DNA of 62,732 nucleotides, counting the filler, from Rhabdomonas costata (lineage: Eukaryota), in assembly GCA_019059605.1 (NCBI GenBank). It is 17 parts of 17 records of this genome, joined end to end, with 100 filler letters (N's around TTAATTAATTAA, not from the genome) between each part and the next. Parts side by side here need not be neighbours in the genome. Positions count along the whole stretch, not along the records: positions 1 to 3,597 come from JAHMHO010000684.1; positions 3,698 to 7,295 come from JAHMHO010000685.1; positions 7,396 to 10,989 come from JAHMHO010000686.1; positions 11,090 to 14,683 come from JAHMHO010000687.1; 13 more parts are not named here. One strand, given 5' to 3'. The position numbers and the translations under genes are program-made. Shown piece by piece: positions 1-13,170 of this stretch. The notes below the pieces were generated by a model. That model saw only the letters and a list, made by a program, of their open reading frames with translations. It had not been told where the DNA came from and made no database searches. Each line of letters opens with the position of its first letter. The stretch's first letter is position 1.

Positions 1-1606
1 TTGAACATTGTTTCTGTTCGCGCGCCATTTTTGGACGTTTTTTCATCTGGAAATGAACGATACAACGAAAGAATAATCAATGAGGGCAAACACCCACCGG
101 AGGCTACTGGCCCAGGGTTTGGTGATATACTTCCATTGCGCCTTAAAAGCGGGAAATGTCGGTGTTCTTCAACGCCCATTTTCAGAGAATAACGGTCCAG
201 GTCACCAGACTTGAACCCAAGCCTTGTGTTACCACTTCTCTATCCTTTTTGAAGGCCAGCCAATATTGACGCAGTGAGAGAATCCAAGATCCATATGTAC
301 GAGGAAGCGAATGGGCACTGATGCGTGCAGGCGGTCAGGAGGCCACCGTGGAGGAGCCCACCACTCTCACAGGGCTGCTGGAGAACAAGTCAGAGAGAAG
401 CCTGGCCCAGCACTCCGGAGCGGGGCCCAGCAGCGTCCGGAGGGGCTCAGGGAGATGCGCGTGCAGGAATCGCTGCTCTGCCGCCGTAAAGTCCGCGGAA
501 ACTACACCTGCCCACGCCCACACATGGAGAACACACACTTCACTCGGCCACAACTGATGGATGTCCTCAGCAAAAAAAGTAAAGAGCAAAATAGAAAACC
601 ACAATAGTGAACCCAAACTGTATCCCAACCTCGTGCAGATCAACAGTAACGGCAACGAGGGCATTGCACTGATGCACTGATGGGCCCCGGCTCAAAGTGA
701 GGGACAGAGGCTCAGAGAGCCACTGAACGGCAGAAAAGTGTTCAAAACCACAGGTGGCCTGGGAAGCATGGACGATTCCACGCCAAAAGGTGAGACAGAT
801 ACCTTCCACAACCCGCGAGCACAGGAAAGCCCGAAGCTTATCACCTTGGGGCACGTCGCTGAGGGTCCCCTTGTTCAGGGCGTGCTCGGGCTGGAAGTGC
901 AGCGTCTGACCCCCCACAACTGCGCGTGGAACAAGACATCAACAGTGCTTCGCTTCGAGGCTGGGCAAGAAAGAAAAGATGAGAGACATCGAAACACCTG
1001 CAAAAAGCCCTGAAACTTGGCAAAATTTGTGGGGGGCGTTCCCCACCCCCAATAAAATGCGCCACTGGGAGTGCGCGGAAAGCGACATGCGTTGAAATTA
1101 TGAGTGGTTCCGTCTGACACACAATCACAACCCGCAACCTCAATGATTTGATTTCCTGGCGCCTTCAGGTCCCCAACTTCAGGAGCTCGACGACGCCAAA
1201 AACAGCCACAACGAAACCATCAGCCAGCACCCATCCATCATGATGCCATCCTCAACCATGGGGTGGGTCATCGTGCTGCTGATGTACGTGCCCGTGCGGT
1301 TAGCCCTCCTGCTTGGCGTCAAGCCCCATGTGTTCGCGCCTGCTTTGACATAGGTGTGGATCTGCTGTACCCGCCCTCCCCCGTGCTGCACGACAGGGTG
1401 GTGGCGGTGAGGGGTGGGTCCACGAGCATCACCATCAAACCATGAACGGCATCCGGAAGAAACACAACGAAAACACAAAGAAGAAGAAGAAGTGCAAGTG
1501 GTAAGGGGGCGTGGCGACACAGGGCGCCCGTGGGATTGGGAATCCTCAGCAGAAAAGTTTTATGGTTTGAGTATGGGTTGGAGTCAGGCAGCCCACCCCC
1601 CGGAAC

Positions 1607-2143
1607 CTATTGTAGAGCTCAGAAGAGCGGCCGCGTCGTCCGCAGCCCGAAACTCCAAATACCCGAACTTGTACGGCAACGCCTCCTTGTAGATCTGCAC
1701 CGCCGCCTTTTTTTGGAGGTGGTGGTGGGGGAAGAAAGGGACAGACTCAAGAAGGCGATCCGAGGCCGACCTTCCCAAGATGGAAATAACCGGCGAAAAG
1801 GGTGGCGGACAAGATGGGGTCGAAGTATGGGAAAGCAGCCGTTTACAGCAAAGAAAAAGGAGGAGATACCGCGCTTGACAATATGTTCCTTATCGTTTTG
1901 ACAATTTTTCCACTTCCGCTTCACATCGCTGTGACCATGGCTGAGAAGCCCACCCAATTAAGGACCACTCCAAGGTTCGATGAGGCTTGCATGCCACTGC
2001 CGTGAGGCGGAAGAAGAAAGGTGAGCACAAGGGCAAAGCCCGGCGAAGGCAGGCCACAGAACCAGCTTCTGCGCGGGAAGAGCCTCGCACAGCTGCGGAA
2101 GGGGAGTGTCGAAGGGAATGTTGGAGACGTACACCCTCACCAT
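1607..2143 (-). CDS. RRM (RNA recognition motif) protein, 5' exons (2143-2063, 1706-~1607); further probable exons near 1390-1220, 905-845 and 480-335
   Basis: The GT-AG join gives MVRVYVSNIPFDTPLPQLCEALPAQKL|AAVQIYKEALPYKFGYLEFRAADDAAALL, with RNP2 (VYVSNI) and RNP1 (FGYLEF) at typical spacing. Downstream exon structure is uncertain. Confidence 0.7.
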
Positions 2144-3407
2144 TGGCCCCAAAGAGGCCCCAGAGCAAGAAAGAAGAACAGGGGAACGCCCCACTTCAAT
2201 AACACTGGCCCCCCGAAGGAAAAGGTAACCCCTGCAGAAAAGCACCAAGTCGGGACGAAATCCAAAAACTACCAAGCCACAACGCAAAGGCACAGTTGAG
2301 GTGGCTCGGCTACGGTGTTAGCAAAAGAGCACTAATTTTCAAGGGGTCAAATGGGAGGCAAGAGGCGTGAGAATGAAAATCCTGAAGTTTTTGAGAATGG
2401 TCGCGGTAGCCTGTGTCTCCAAGATTCGCGATTTGAAGACTGCCTCAGACACTAGAGTCTTAGCTGTTGCAGCGACACACAAAACACAAAAGGAAAGAAT
2501 AACTCGATGTGGGGACGGGCTCCCGTGCCTTGAACGGGAGGTTGTGGCAAGCTAAAAAATATGATGGCTTCATGGGCGGTGACTTCCAAAGGCGGGGATG
2601 ACACAGGGCCACGAGCCGGTCGCCTGACCTCTCCCTCAGCTCCACTCTTCCAGAGGGACAACCGCGCACCCCACCTCTGTTGCAAAAATGGGTGTTTTTA
2701 TTGTTCCACATCAATAAAAACACTATTATTTCAAAAAGCGTTTTCATATTTCTCTTGAAGGCTGAAGCCGAAGCCTCTGGTCTTCATTTTCGACTGTACG
2801 AATGATGCGAGGCCGTGCTTGAATCCCCTGGCGGTGGCCCACACAAACCCTTTATCCGATTTTGGGAGTCACCAATCACAGATTCAAGACAAAATGCGAT
2901 TGCCCAACAAACACCGAAAGCCTTGATGGGCACAGCGGCGAGGGTAGTGGCCAGGCCACAGCTAAGGCTATTTTTGTCACAATATGTACAGCATGCAAAG
3001 AAGCACAAGAAGTACAAAAAATACACGACAAGCGTGCTGCACCCCTTCAAGACATAGAGGTGCCAGGGTCGACTCCAGTCACTGCGCAGTAGACCCGCTC
3101 GGAGACGGCGGGGCCTACCACCCTTCCGTCCGTCTCCGAGGGTGCAGCTCCCAGGGTATGCGCCTGCACCACGCTGCGCGAGGGGGTTGGGAATCACAAC
3201 AAGATCCTCACAAGCCTACAGGGAGTTCAACGGCGGATAGGGATCAAAGTATCATTCACGTTTTTCGAAATCCAAACCATTTTCGACTGAACAATCTACC
3301 TCACGCTCTGGCTGTGCAATGCTTGCTGCTCAGACAGCATTTGCAGAGAGGGACTCCCTGCCGCCGGTCTTCCCTTCCCCTTCCCCTTTCATTTTTTCAT
3401 CTCTTTC

Positions 3408-3511
3408 TTTCTTTTTTGAAAGTATGCCTAGACAATTAGGGTCCGCAGGGAGAGAAGGAATTCATCCACAGTGCGGACCCTAATTGTCTAGGCATACTTT
3501 CAAAAAAGAAA
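3408..3511. repeat. Perfect 40-bp inverted repeat with 24-nt loop
   Basis: 3408-3447 tttcttttttgaaagtatgcctagacaattagggtccgca is the exact reverse complement of 3472-3511. Confidence 0.95.
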
Positions 3512-3537
3512 CAAATATAAGTGCTTGTGCAGAGTAC

Positions 3538-3593
3538 GTGTGTGAGGACATATGAACTGGGATGAGCTAATCAATTCATATGTCCTCACACAC
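3538..3593. repeat. Perfect 19-bp inverted repeat with 18-nt loop at contig end
   Basis: gtgtgtgaggacatatgaa (3538-3556) pairs with ttcatatgtcctcacacac (3575-3593). Confidence 0.95.
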
Positions 3594-3597
3594 CCCC

Positions 3598-3697
3598 NNN
3601 NNNNNNNNNNNNNNNNNNNNNNNNNNNNNNNNNNNNNNNNNTTAATTAATTAANNNNNNNNNNNNNNNNNNNNNNNNNNNNNNNNNNNNNNNNNNNN
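3598..3697. other. Artificial contig-joining spacer. First of 16; the others start at ~7296, 10990, 14684, 18470, 22162, 25856, 29555, 33249, 36939, 40628, 44319, 48009, 51687, 55368 and 59050
   Basis: Identical 100-nt N-TTAATTAATTAA-N blocks (stops in all six frames) about every 3.69 kb. Confidence 0.98.
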
Positions 3698-3711
3698 GTG
3701 GGGGTGGGGGT

Positions 3712-4342
3712 GGTGACGAGGCCGAGGAGGTTGCCCGGCTGCGCGAGGAGCTCGCCCTGACCCAGGCTGAGCTGCAGCGGGTGCACGCTATGCTGCACGA
3801 GGCCGTGGCGGCAGCGGCGGAAGCAGCGGAGCAGCAGCAGCAGCGGGAGCAGCAACAAGAAGCCCCGCCTCGGGTTGCGACTGGAGTCAGCTGCGTGCTA
3901 CTGGACCCCAGCAGGGAGCGCAGCCTGCAGGCCAAGCTGGCTGCGAGTACCGAGGAGGTGCGCGAATGGGCGTCTGCATCTTTTTGAAATAGTGGTGTGC
4001 GCACTTTCATACACAACACCTCATCAGCTCCGAGCCGGCGCGGATCTATTCCAGACGATGCCGACATGGGGGACCTCGGAACTGCAACAGGTTACGATAT
4101 CGCAGCGAAGATAAAAATTAATAGTCCTGTGGCAACGGCCACTATCGCAGGGACAATCACTGCCTTTTCAAGGTCCTTCCATTCGTTTCATGCACGCCTT
4201 CTTTCTATGACTCTCTGGTTTGCCTCCCAATCAGGTGAAGCAGCTTTCTCAGAAGGTCCTTGAGTTGGAGACCAAGGCTGAGGACTACGACGACGTCGTG
4301 TTCCAGGCAAGACAAAAGGAAGCGGAGATGCACGACCTGGAG
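3712..4342 (+). CDS. Coiled-coil protein, partial (exons ~3712-3957 and 4235-4342); possible later exons at ~4790-4987 (Pro-rich) and ~5960-6069
   Basis: GC-rich exons with GT/AG borders: EEVARLREELALTQAELQRV...LQAKLAASTEE|VKQLSQKVLELETKAEDYDDVVFQARQKEAEMHDLE. Heptad-like composition. Confidence 0.6.
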
Positions 4343-7049
4343 GTCCCTTCCTTTGCCATCCCATTCCCATCCCATTCTCAAGCCATCAGACTCTCAGCAT
4401 CGCCGAAAGTATGTGCCGTTCTTCAGAAGTCTTCTATCGGGCCATGCCTTGCACAGCAGGTATCTCAACGTCACAGGTTGCTCAATACCTGTGACGTTTT
4501 TCCGGCATGAGAAAGTCGTAGCACCGGCCTCTCTTGCACTTCTAAAACGGGGAGTCTGATCGACTTTTTGCGTGTCTGCAATGCAAGAAGAATTCACTCA
4601 GCATTGATGTTTCTCGGGATAGGCTGCCAACGTTTGCGACGTGCTTGTGCCATAAAGAAACCCGTTATGGCGTGTCTTTTTTGGGTTCCCCGTTCCCCGT
4701 GCTGTGGTTTCCACCTGAGGTTTTTCTCTCAGTTCTGGCAATGTGTGCGTGCGTTGGGGCGAATGTCGTGTCGGTTCCTGCGTACGGCGTGGTGAACGGC
4801 AGCTCGTTCCCTCAGGGAAATGGCCCACCCGCCATGTTTGCCCCTCCCATGGGTATCACCACCGCCCCGCAGGGCATTGGCTTTCTCCCCACAACAGTCC
4901 CGGCGGCCCCGCTTCCGTTTTCCGGGGTCGCTATGCAGCATCCTGCAGCATGGCAGCCCCCACGGCCCTACGGAAATGCCCCGATGGGTCTCCACTGTGG
5001 TTTGTCTTTTTTCCCTTTTCTTATGCTTTCGCTGGATGGAAGAGAGGTTTGGTTTTGGAGGACGGAGGACCTAGTAAGAAGCCTTCCCACGAACTCATTT
5101 TCACGCCTCGCTTTTGGAATTAAGTTCAGGACGAAAGTATGAACCTTTCACTTTGCTGGCCCTTTTAGGTCAGATTTAGCAAGCAACCCCGTCTCTCTCC
5201 CCGAACCTGTACCAACCAACCGACCCATTCAGAAACCGGTGCAATTGTTGTTTTCTGGGTTTAGTTTAGAGCTGGGCTTTTCACAACCCCCAGAAAAGTT
5301 GACTCCATGCAGCACTTAGCACACAGGCCCATCTCCTTTTTGGAGTGGTGGTTACCCCACCCCACCCCGTGTTGCTGTGGTGTTGAGTAGATATGGGCCT
5401 TTTTCTGTTTTCTTTCCACTTAAATATTATTGTCTGTGATCAGAAAGCACTACCGTCTCTTGCTTCTTGCTGAGGCAAAGCGTTTAGGAAATAGCGGAAG
5501 AAAGTCGGTGGTGAGTCTCAAATGGCGATCTTCTTCCGGAGGCTTGCCCCGGTGGCTTGCCGCAGTCTTTCGTCCGGACTCCTTTCGCGGCAGTTCAAAG
5601 GTTGTCTGGTGTCGACCTCCGTGTCAGGCGCCTCTCTTCAGCTGCAGCAGAACCCCTACCCTACTCTGTCTTCCAATGTATGTGATTTTTTAAAAGTGGT
5701 CATAATGGACTTCTTGTGTTCCAAGAGAGCGGTTCTGCATATTTTGTGTGTTTCGGAACCGCCCCCCTGCCTTCCTTTTTACTCCTGGCTCGACCATATG
5801 GTGCTTATAGGTCGACATCGAGATGCTGAGTCTGGGTTTGGGTGGTGTTTTAATGAGCTTTGTGAACCTCTATTAATGGTTTTTTCGCTTGCACATTTAT
5901 CACGATTCCAATGATCTCGCTTTGTTCTCAAACCACTTGCTTTTTTTTTTCGCGGGTAGGGCATCTCACTGTCTGGCGAGGAGCTCTCCTGCCCCGAGGA
6001 ATCGCTTAGTCTTCTCGAAAGCATCCGGGTCCTGGATCGGTCGCTAGCTGTTATCTCCACTTTCCAGCGGTGTGTACTTGCCGTTTCTGTTTCTTCTGGC
6101 TTGGCCTCGGCTCGAGGTACCGATCCCTGGTTTGCTGGTTTTTATGGATTTGAAACCGCTGCTCCGCGCCTAGGCGAACTTGCTCAAATACTTTACCACA
6201 TTCAATATCGCTATCTACACGTTAATTTCACCCACCCAGGAAATGGCCAAGAATGGTCGCTTGCCAAGGTTTCCCACAGCCGTGGCTTCACAGGGCAGGA
6301 ACTGCAAGAGATTCGAAGATATAAAACCCTGTTGAAATGCCTCATTTTACCTTGCGGCGCTTCAACCCTGGTTTTCGAGCATTGATACTGTCCGCACATC
6401 GCTCTTGTGGTCAACAAAGCATTTCCAAACGTTTCATGTGAGCCACCTTATATATACGTATACGTATCTGTTCACATGGGTGATTACCTCCGGGTGGACT
6501 ACGTTTTCACCCAATCTGATTTAGTTATAAAAAAAAGTGTTCGCATTTTGGCACAAATCCCATGCATCCAAAGTGGGTGAAACCCCGGTCGGGCTACGCA
6601 TTACCTGGTGGCGTCTTAGGGTACCCTGAGGCCCTTCTACCATCCGGGGATACCATCCTCCATCACTTTGGATGGAGCGCTAGCGGAGTGACAGGAATAC
6701 CCACCAGTCCCAACTCAGCCTTAGCGGAGTTCATGCACTTGAGCAACTGTGCCGCTCATGCACTACCTTGCCTCGACTGTTCCCAGTGGGCAGGCAAGAA
6801 AGTCAGCTTAATGTCGTCTGCAGGTAATGCCTCGTGCTAGGTCCTCCTAGGTCTCAATCCAGTCACCTCCATCCACGCGCGTCCACATAACTGATCAGAT
6901 ATACACGAAACCCAGCGCTGTAATTTCAAAACCAAGGAAGGTCAGCGAAATGAATAAGCGAAATCGGCATGCTTGACTAAGAAGCGGATACCCATCAGAT
7001 ATTGGCAAAGCACCTTAACCACGAAGAGAACCATACGTATCCCAAGAAG

Positions 7050-7295
7050 CCATCTGCAGGACATCACAACACCATACCCATACACGCTTCTGTACATCCA
7101 GGTACACTAACCCAACCCAGCACCAATTATAACACCACAAATACACCAACGCATAGATACACCTTCAGATACACATAGATCCCATGCACTCCCAGATACA
7201 CCCACAGCACACATCCAAATCACAACTACCACATGAACCACGCACACAACCCATGATATACAAGCTCCATACACATCCATCCTACCCATCACACA
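7050..7295. repeat. A/C-rich low-complexity tract
   Basis: Degenerate (CA/CAT/ACC)-rich sequence running up to the contig end. Confidence 0.7.
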
Positions 7296-8204
7296 NNNNN
7301 NNNNNNNNNNNNNNNNNNNNNNNNNNNNNNNNNNNNNNNTTAATTAATTAANNNNNNNNNNNNNNNNNNNNNNNNNNNNNNNNNNNNNNNNNNNNTGTGG
7401 GTGGTGTTTAGGCCACTTTCCCGATCGTTACAGCGACCTGTTATGTTATTCCGGTGTGCACTCATCCCTTTTTTTAATTTGAAAGAACGAATTGCGGCTT
7501 TTGAACTTTGTCAGCGCCAGCCGTCATACAGCTGTCGTCTGGATTCCGCTGTTCTTGTTCTCACAAGTCCTGCTTCAACGCATCCATGCTGTTTACATTT
7601 TTCTTTCTTTCTTCTGTGTGCATAGCGTGTTTTCGGAGGTTGGGACTCGATTGAAACCCGAATGACGAAAGTTTCAGCGCTGAACGACCTCTATTTTGCC
7701 GGATTCCAGCCTGTCACCAGTGGCAGCTTGCGGTATGTCTTTGTGTATGTGGGTGTTTTTTATGGGTGCACCATGCTCACTGTAGCGTGGACTCCGTAAG
7801 TTCGGGAATCGAATGGCAGTGGCTGAGCTTGGCTTGGCTGCTGTCTGCTGCGCGTGTGACCTTCTTCTCGGTCTGCCCTTTTAGAACCCTTGTTTTCACG
7901 CTGCCTTGCTGGCTACTGTGCTGGGATAAAACCCCAGCGTCTTTCCTTCTGACTGGAGTCCGCCGGTTCTGAATGTACGAAGAAAAAGTCCCCTCCCCCG
8001 TGTTTTCGCCCAACTGTGGTTGGTTGGAACGAATGAAGGCGGCTTCTTAGATACTCACACCTTATACCACCCCCAACCAGGTCACAGGTGCCGCCCATGT
8101 CAGCCGCCCAGCTGTCTGCAGAGCATCCCATTCTCTTCGTCTGGTACTTGTTTGCCCTGTGTGTTATGTAGGTGGGTCATCGTCCAGTTTATTCCAAGCG
8201 ATGT

Positions 8205-10829
8205 TTTGCTGGGAGGGATCAACCGGCGTTTCGGGGCCATGCTGATCCTGGTTGTGATCGTACTTTGCGTGGTCACTTCGACCGCTGCAGCCACCGCTCC
8301 TATTCTGACATACCCTTTGACCCGAATTGCGCAGCAGATGGGACTCCTTTGCAAGGTGTGACCGCTCCCACATTTTCTAATCCTCTGCTGCACTCTTTAC
8401 CAGACAACTTTCGTGGTATGCCTTGGTTTGAGGTCTCCTTCCACTTTTGGCTGCTTTTCTTTTGTCTGTGCATGCTGAACCTCCGAACTTGTGCACTTAT
8501 GTCGTGGATGTGTATTGCTACTTTTAAGCTTTGTTGCATCATATGTTTGCCACTTTTTGAATACAGACACCGGTTTTTTCTTCAGATGGAAGTCCGGGAT
8601 CTTAGACCCCTGCCTTCGTCTCGGATTCTGGAGGTTCGCATTCTTGTCGAAGCTTTCAACGGCTTGACGAATCACCTGAAAGAATACCGTAAGTATGCGA
8701 TTGACTTTTTTCTCTCCAGCTTGTGTGTGTGCGTGTGCGCGCCAGGAATAGAGTTGAAATGCAAGAAATATGGCTCATCGTAGCCGATGGCGCATGACAT
8801 CTCCCTGAACGTCCTGGATTTCGACTCCTCACCATCCAAAAAAAAATGATAACACTCCGTTGCTTAGGGCTGAGACGGGGTCACAAGTGGCCCGAAACCA
8901 AAGCGCGGTCTCGCCCGAGCGCAATTAGCGCAACCAATGGGCCTAGAATTATCGTCGCTTCGCCCGCGTTCCCTCAGGTTCATGCCGGAGATCCTTTTTG
9001 TGGTTCCACCACGTGGCTCCTCGGATCTAGAACTCATGCGCTCCGCTGGGTCTAGTCCATGCCCCCTCGAGGGTGCCTCGAAAAGGACCCCTGGCCGAAC
9101 TCTGGTACCTAGTGGCACCTTACCTCACGCTGGTGCATCACCAAGGGTGTGGAGTTTTGGCGTGATGGCGCTAATTTGTTTTTGCATCTACCCACCACCC
9201 ACGCATTTCTGGGACCCCTGGAGCCTGTTAGGTGTAGTAGTGTTTTCATGGTGGACCATTTTGGTTTTGGTAAATAAACACATATTTTTTTGTAGTTTTT
9301 GGGGAGTATCTGTTTATAAGAGAATAGGAGGGTGCCCCAAAAAATTCATGCTTCAAAATTTGGAGAAAAAAGATTATGTGATCATGAGTGGTTCAGTGCT
9401 CTGTGTTCTATGGACCATGTGGTAGCAGGAGCGATAAACGTTGGTCACGTTTTAATGCGTTTAGCTCTGCAGGAGTTTATCTTCTTGTGGTTCTTAAATT
9501 AATCGGAAAATTGACTTCTTTTCCGTAAGTGGTGGGGTCGCTCAGCATGTCGTCCGACGGAGATAGCTTTTTCAGCTTTGTCACCAGACATCGGGCTGCG
9601 CGGATAAGCAGAACTTGAAACGAGTCCCGAGATCCATTGGCGAAGTAAGTTCGTGTCTCTTATTCCGCATTCAGTGTTCCGTTTTATTCAGTTACCGGGA
9701 CTTTTGAGCCCAAAACCAAGAACAGCCTACCGTGCAACTTGTGCCTGGACCTCACGGACGCTTTTGAGCTCCCCGGTTACCACTGTGGCATGCTTCGGAA
9801 TGGCCGGGACGCACCGCTTTGCTCGTGCATCCACTGCGGCAGAGGTACCGGTGAGTATCGTGAGGTTATATTAGTTGATGAATCACACGCCTTCCGTCGC
9901 TTTCAATCAAGATACGTGGGAAGGCTATCTTCCACATAACATTGAACAGGACGCTCCTCGTTCGTTCCCTTCTCTTCCCGTGGTGTTCTCCTCATTTTTC
10001 TGCACGCCATTTCTGCAGCTTCAGCTCCGGCATTCGGCCTACATCCGGCTGCTCCACCAGTGGATTGAAACCTCCAAGGGGCTCCTGGACAAGGTCCTCG
10101 GGGACCGAGTGTTTGCGTACTGGAATGCACCCGTGAGCTGCGCCCGAGCGGAGTATCACGCTGTGCAGTGTGCAATGAACGTTGTGGGTCACTGGGAGGA
10201 GGCCTTTCCCGCGCCGCCATTGCAGCGGCATGCCTCCCGCCCCTCGGCTGCCACAAGCTCAGGGAGCAGTGGGTTTTTGGATCCGGTTGCTGCTGGGGCC
10301 ACTCCTGTTCGGATTGGTGTGGCGTCCTCGGTTGCGCGGTGCGGGAACATGGGCAGCGAGCGGCTGCGGATGTTTGTTGTGGTGGGGGAGGCGGTGGGTC
10401 AGGCTGTGATGCTGGAGAGGCTGGCCTGCCGGGAGCTTGGAGTAGCCATCCTGGTCACCGAGAGTGTGGCCCGGCAGGTGTGTTACTTCTGTTTATATGG
10501 AAGGCCAAGCCGTTTTTGAGTGCTCAGGTGCATCATTTCACGATATCACAATTCAGTTTTGTGTCGGGCTATATGAGAACATTGTTCGACGGTTTTTTTG
10601 ATTCAAATGGTTATTCAGATTGAAATGGCTACTCACAAGTTGACCTCGGCCAACACTCGCAGATCAGCGTTTCCTTTTTAGTGCTTTCTTTCACCGATGC
10701 AATGTTTTGCTTCTTTACTCAGGTGCAATCAAGTATTGCGCTGACCCCAGCATCTGTTTTGGTGCTCCCGGGAGGCCTTCTGGACTGTTACGAGCCCCTT
10801 GGCGAGGGCTCTGTGCCCACCGAATCGCT
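8205..10829 (+). CDS. Receptor-type class III adenylate/guanylate cyclase-like protein (TM-HAMP-cyclase), partial and catalytically degenerate. Exons ~8205-8355, 8587-8688, 9692-9844, 10019-10477, 10723-~10829
   Basis: TM MLILVVIVLCVVT; HAMP PLTRIAQQM...SRILEVRILVEAFNGLTNHLKEY; cyclase motifs GLLDKVLGDRVFAYWNAP, VRIGVASS..RCGNMGSERLRMFVVVGEAV, LERL..LGVAILVTESV. Confidence 0.85.
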
Positions 10830-11886
10830 GTATGTCTCTCTGCCTTGGCCTTTCAAGGTTTCTTGGCAGATGTTCGATCTCTGCGTATGTCTGCGGGTCG
10901 CCCTCCACTGCTGCCTGAACTTCGAGATATAGACTTTGCCTTTTTGCTTGTTTGGCCCCTGCCACGTCAAAAGTAGGAGCCGAAAAACANNNNNNNNNNN
11001 NNNNNNNNNNNNNNNNNNNNNNNNNNNNNNNNNTTAATTAATTAANNNNNNNNNNNNNNNNNNNNNNNNNNNNNNNNNNNNNNNNNNNNTGTTGCGAAAA
11101 ATGAAATGGCGGAAATGCCTGCCACGATTTACCTCAACACTCACGAGGCTCAGAAAACGGATGACTTTTAAAGACGTTTGACGTTTGGGACGCACAAGGG
11201 ATTTATTACATCGGGTGGGTAATGGTGACTTAATGTTGTAAAGTATCATTTGGGCTAACGTATTTGGACATGGGTAAATCCGTTGATAAATAGCCCCCTC
11301 AAAATGGCCGGGTCGAAGTGGGCTTGGGCCTATCATCACGGCCTGGTCATGTGCGGGTGGCTAAAAAGAGCAATCCGGGAGAGACGAGCGGCAAAGCAAA
11401 GGGAGAGGGGAAGCGAAAGATGCAAGGCGCAGATACAAGAGCAATTTGGACCAAGAGACGACCGCGGATGAGATCAAGAGGGGTCCATTGAGCGAGGTTT
11501 TTTTAAGTTTGGAGAGTTGTCGAAGTTTGTTTTCAGAAGGATCCATAAGGAGAACGACGGCAGGCAAGTGAGACAAAGAAGCCCATCGAGAACAAGGCCG
11601 CGGACAAGCAGGAATATCAAGAAGATCAAGCAAGAGAGATCAACAAAGAGGGAAAACCAGACCGACGAAAGAGGAGTGAGGGCTTGTGTCCTGCCTTCTT
11701 TCTTATGTCACGAAAGTGCCGGTGGTTTTGGTGGGTTTCTGCGGGTTTTTGGGGCAATCTCTGGACGTGTGAGGTTGGGATTGTTGTTTGTGCCGCCGCG
11801 CCCTTCGGAAGCCAAAGGGGAAGGAGTTAAGAGAACATTTTGGAAGTAGAGTAGCATTGTTACCGACCTGCAGGCGGCCCATTTCA

Positions 11887-11934
11887 CCCCTTTGGCAAAG
11901 GGAGGAAGTCCCCCCTTTGGCAAAGGGAGGAAGT
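11887..11934. repeat. 23-bp tandem direct repeat with palindromic core
   Basis: cccctttggcaaagggaggaagt occurs twice; the core ccctttg-g-caaaggg is self-complementary. Confidence 0.85.
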
Positions 11935-13170
11935 AAGGCAGAAGACCCCCAAAGAATTAGTCCCAGCAAGCGGCGGAGTACTCAGGAGAAGTGTGAAGCG
12001 CCAGGTGCTTGGGCAAGCCAGGTTGTAAAGGGGAAGGCGCTTTAGTCCATTTCCGAGTGTTTTGGGTCGACGCGGGGGGGTCGAGTCCACCTCGAAGTCA
12101 TTAAAGGCGCGAGATGCGAAACAGGCAGTCGATCGGAACATGGGACGTATTGGGACAAGTTAAGTACCCTTTGGAGGAGTAGAAGAGAAGCGACCCAGAG
12201 AGGGTGGACGGAGTGACGACAGTTGCAAAGACAAAAAGTCCACAGGCCCAGCTAAGTATGTTGGGTCGGGAGGCAACGGCATGGAGCGGATCGTGTGGGC
12301 GAAGCCAAGTAGAGGCAAGATCCACGGAATTGGTCCGCCATGGCCGTCTGAAAGGGGGACTTTGAAAGGAATGACTTTTCAAACGGGGCAGCATGGACAC
12401 TGTTGACACAAAAGCAATACGCAGGAGCAGAAGCGCAGAAGCACAAAAGGGCCGAATCTAAGAGTGGGAGGCTTCTAGGAGAGGCGCGCGGGCAGACGAA
12501 GGAAGCATGGAACCGAACTCGTTATGGGGTACGGCGCCACGTTGGCATAAAAGCTTCAGGGTCTCAAGGGCTAACGGCGGTACTAGGTACTGATTGTGGT
12601 GCACGTTCGTTGGCCACAAAGCGCGGCTTTAAATGATACTTAGTGTGGACTCGTTCGGGGTACTGGGTGCTTTTTTTTTTTTGCAAACCAACAAAGGTCA
12701 CACAAGGGACGGTTTCGCACCGAAGCCAAGTTTTCTAGGTTTCCACAACATTAAAAGCGTGTGCTTCACAGCTGCAAAACCAACGAATTTTAAGCGCAGA
12801 ACGTATTGGTCCAGCATGTTTCGCACACCCGGTACTAAAATCTCTGCTTTGGGGTGTTAATGAGGTAATTTTGTGTTATTTCTATCGGACTGCAAGAGGA
12901 CATCAAACAAAACTGAAGTGTATGTGAGGCGCCTAAGCTGAGGCGGTGCTAGAAAGACAACCACAAAAAAGTGTCGGACTCCCGAGGTGCAAACGGTCTA
13001 GCAGGGCCCTCTATCCACCCTTCCCAGAAACGCACCTGCCAAAGCTCACAGGATATAGAACACAAGCGCAACGGTTTTGAAGTGCAGCCGAACGCAAACA
13101 CGAGCACAAAAGCCTATGCCTGTCCCGATGCCCCACCCCTGCACCTTGCCATCCCTTTCACTATCCCTTT

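Noticed and set aside
900..1235. Possible non-canonical GT-GG intron in the RRM gene giving DGQTLHF
   Set aside because: A canonical in-phase GT-AG alternative exists (…GCWLM|TLHF).
9739..9939. Cys/His-rich ORF (CSCIHC...DESH) as a zinc finger or transposase
   Set aside because: It is an alternative frame over the cyclase exon 9692-9844, which joins in phase to the next exon.
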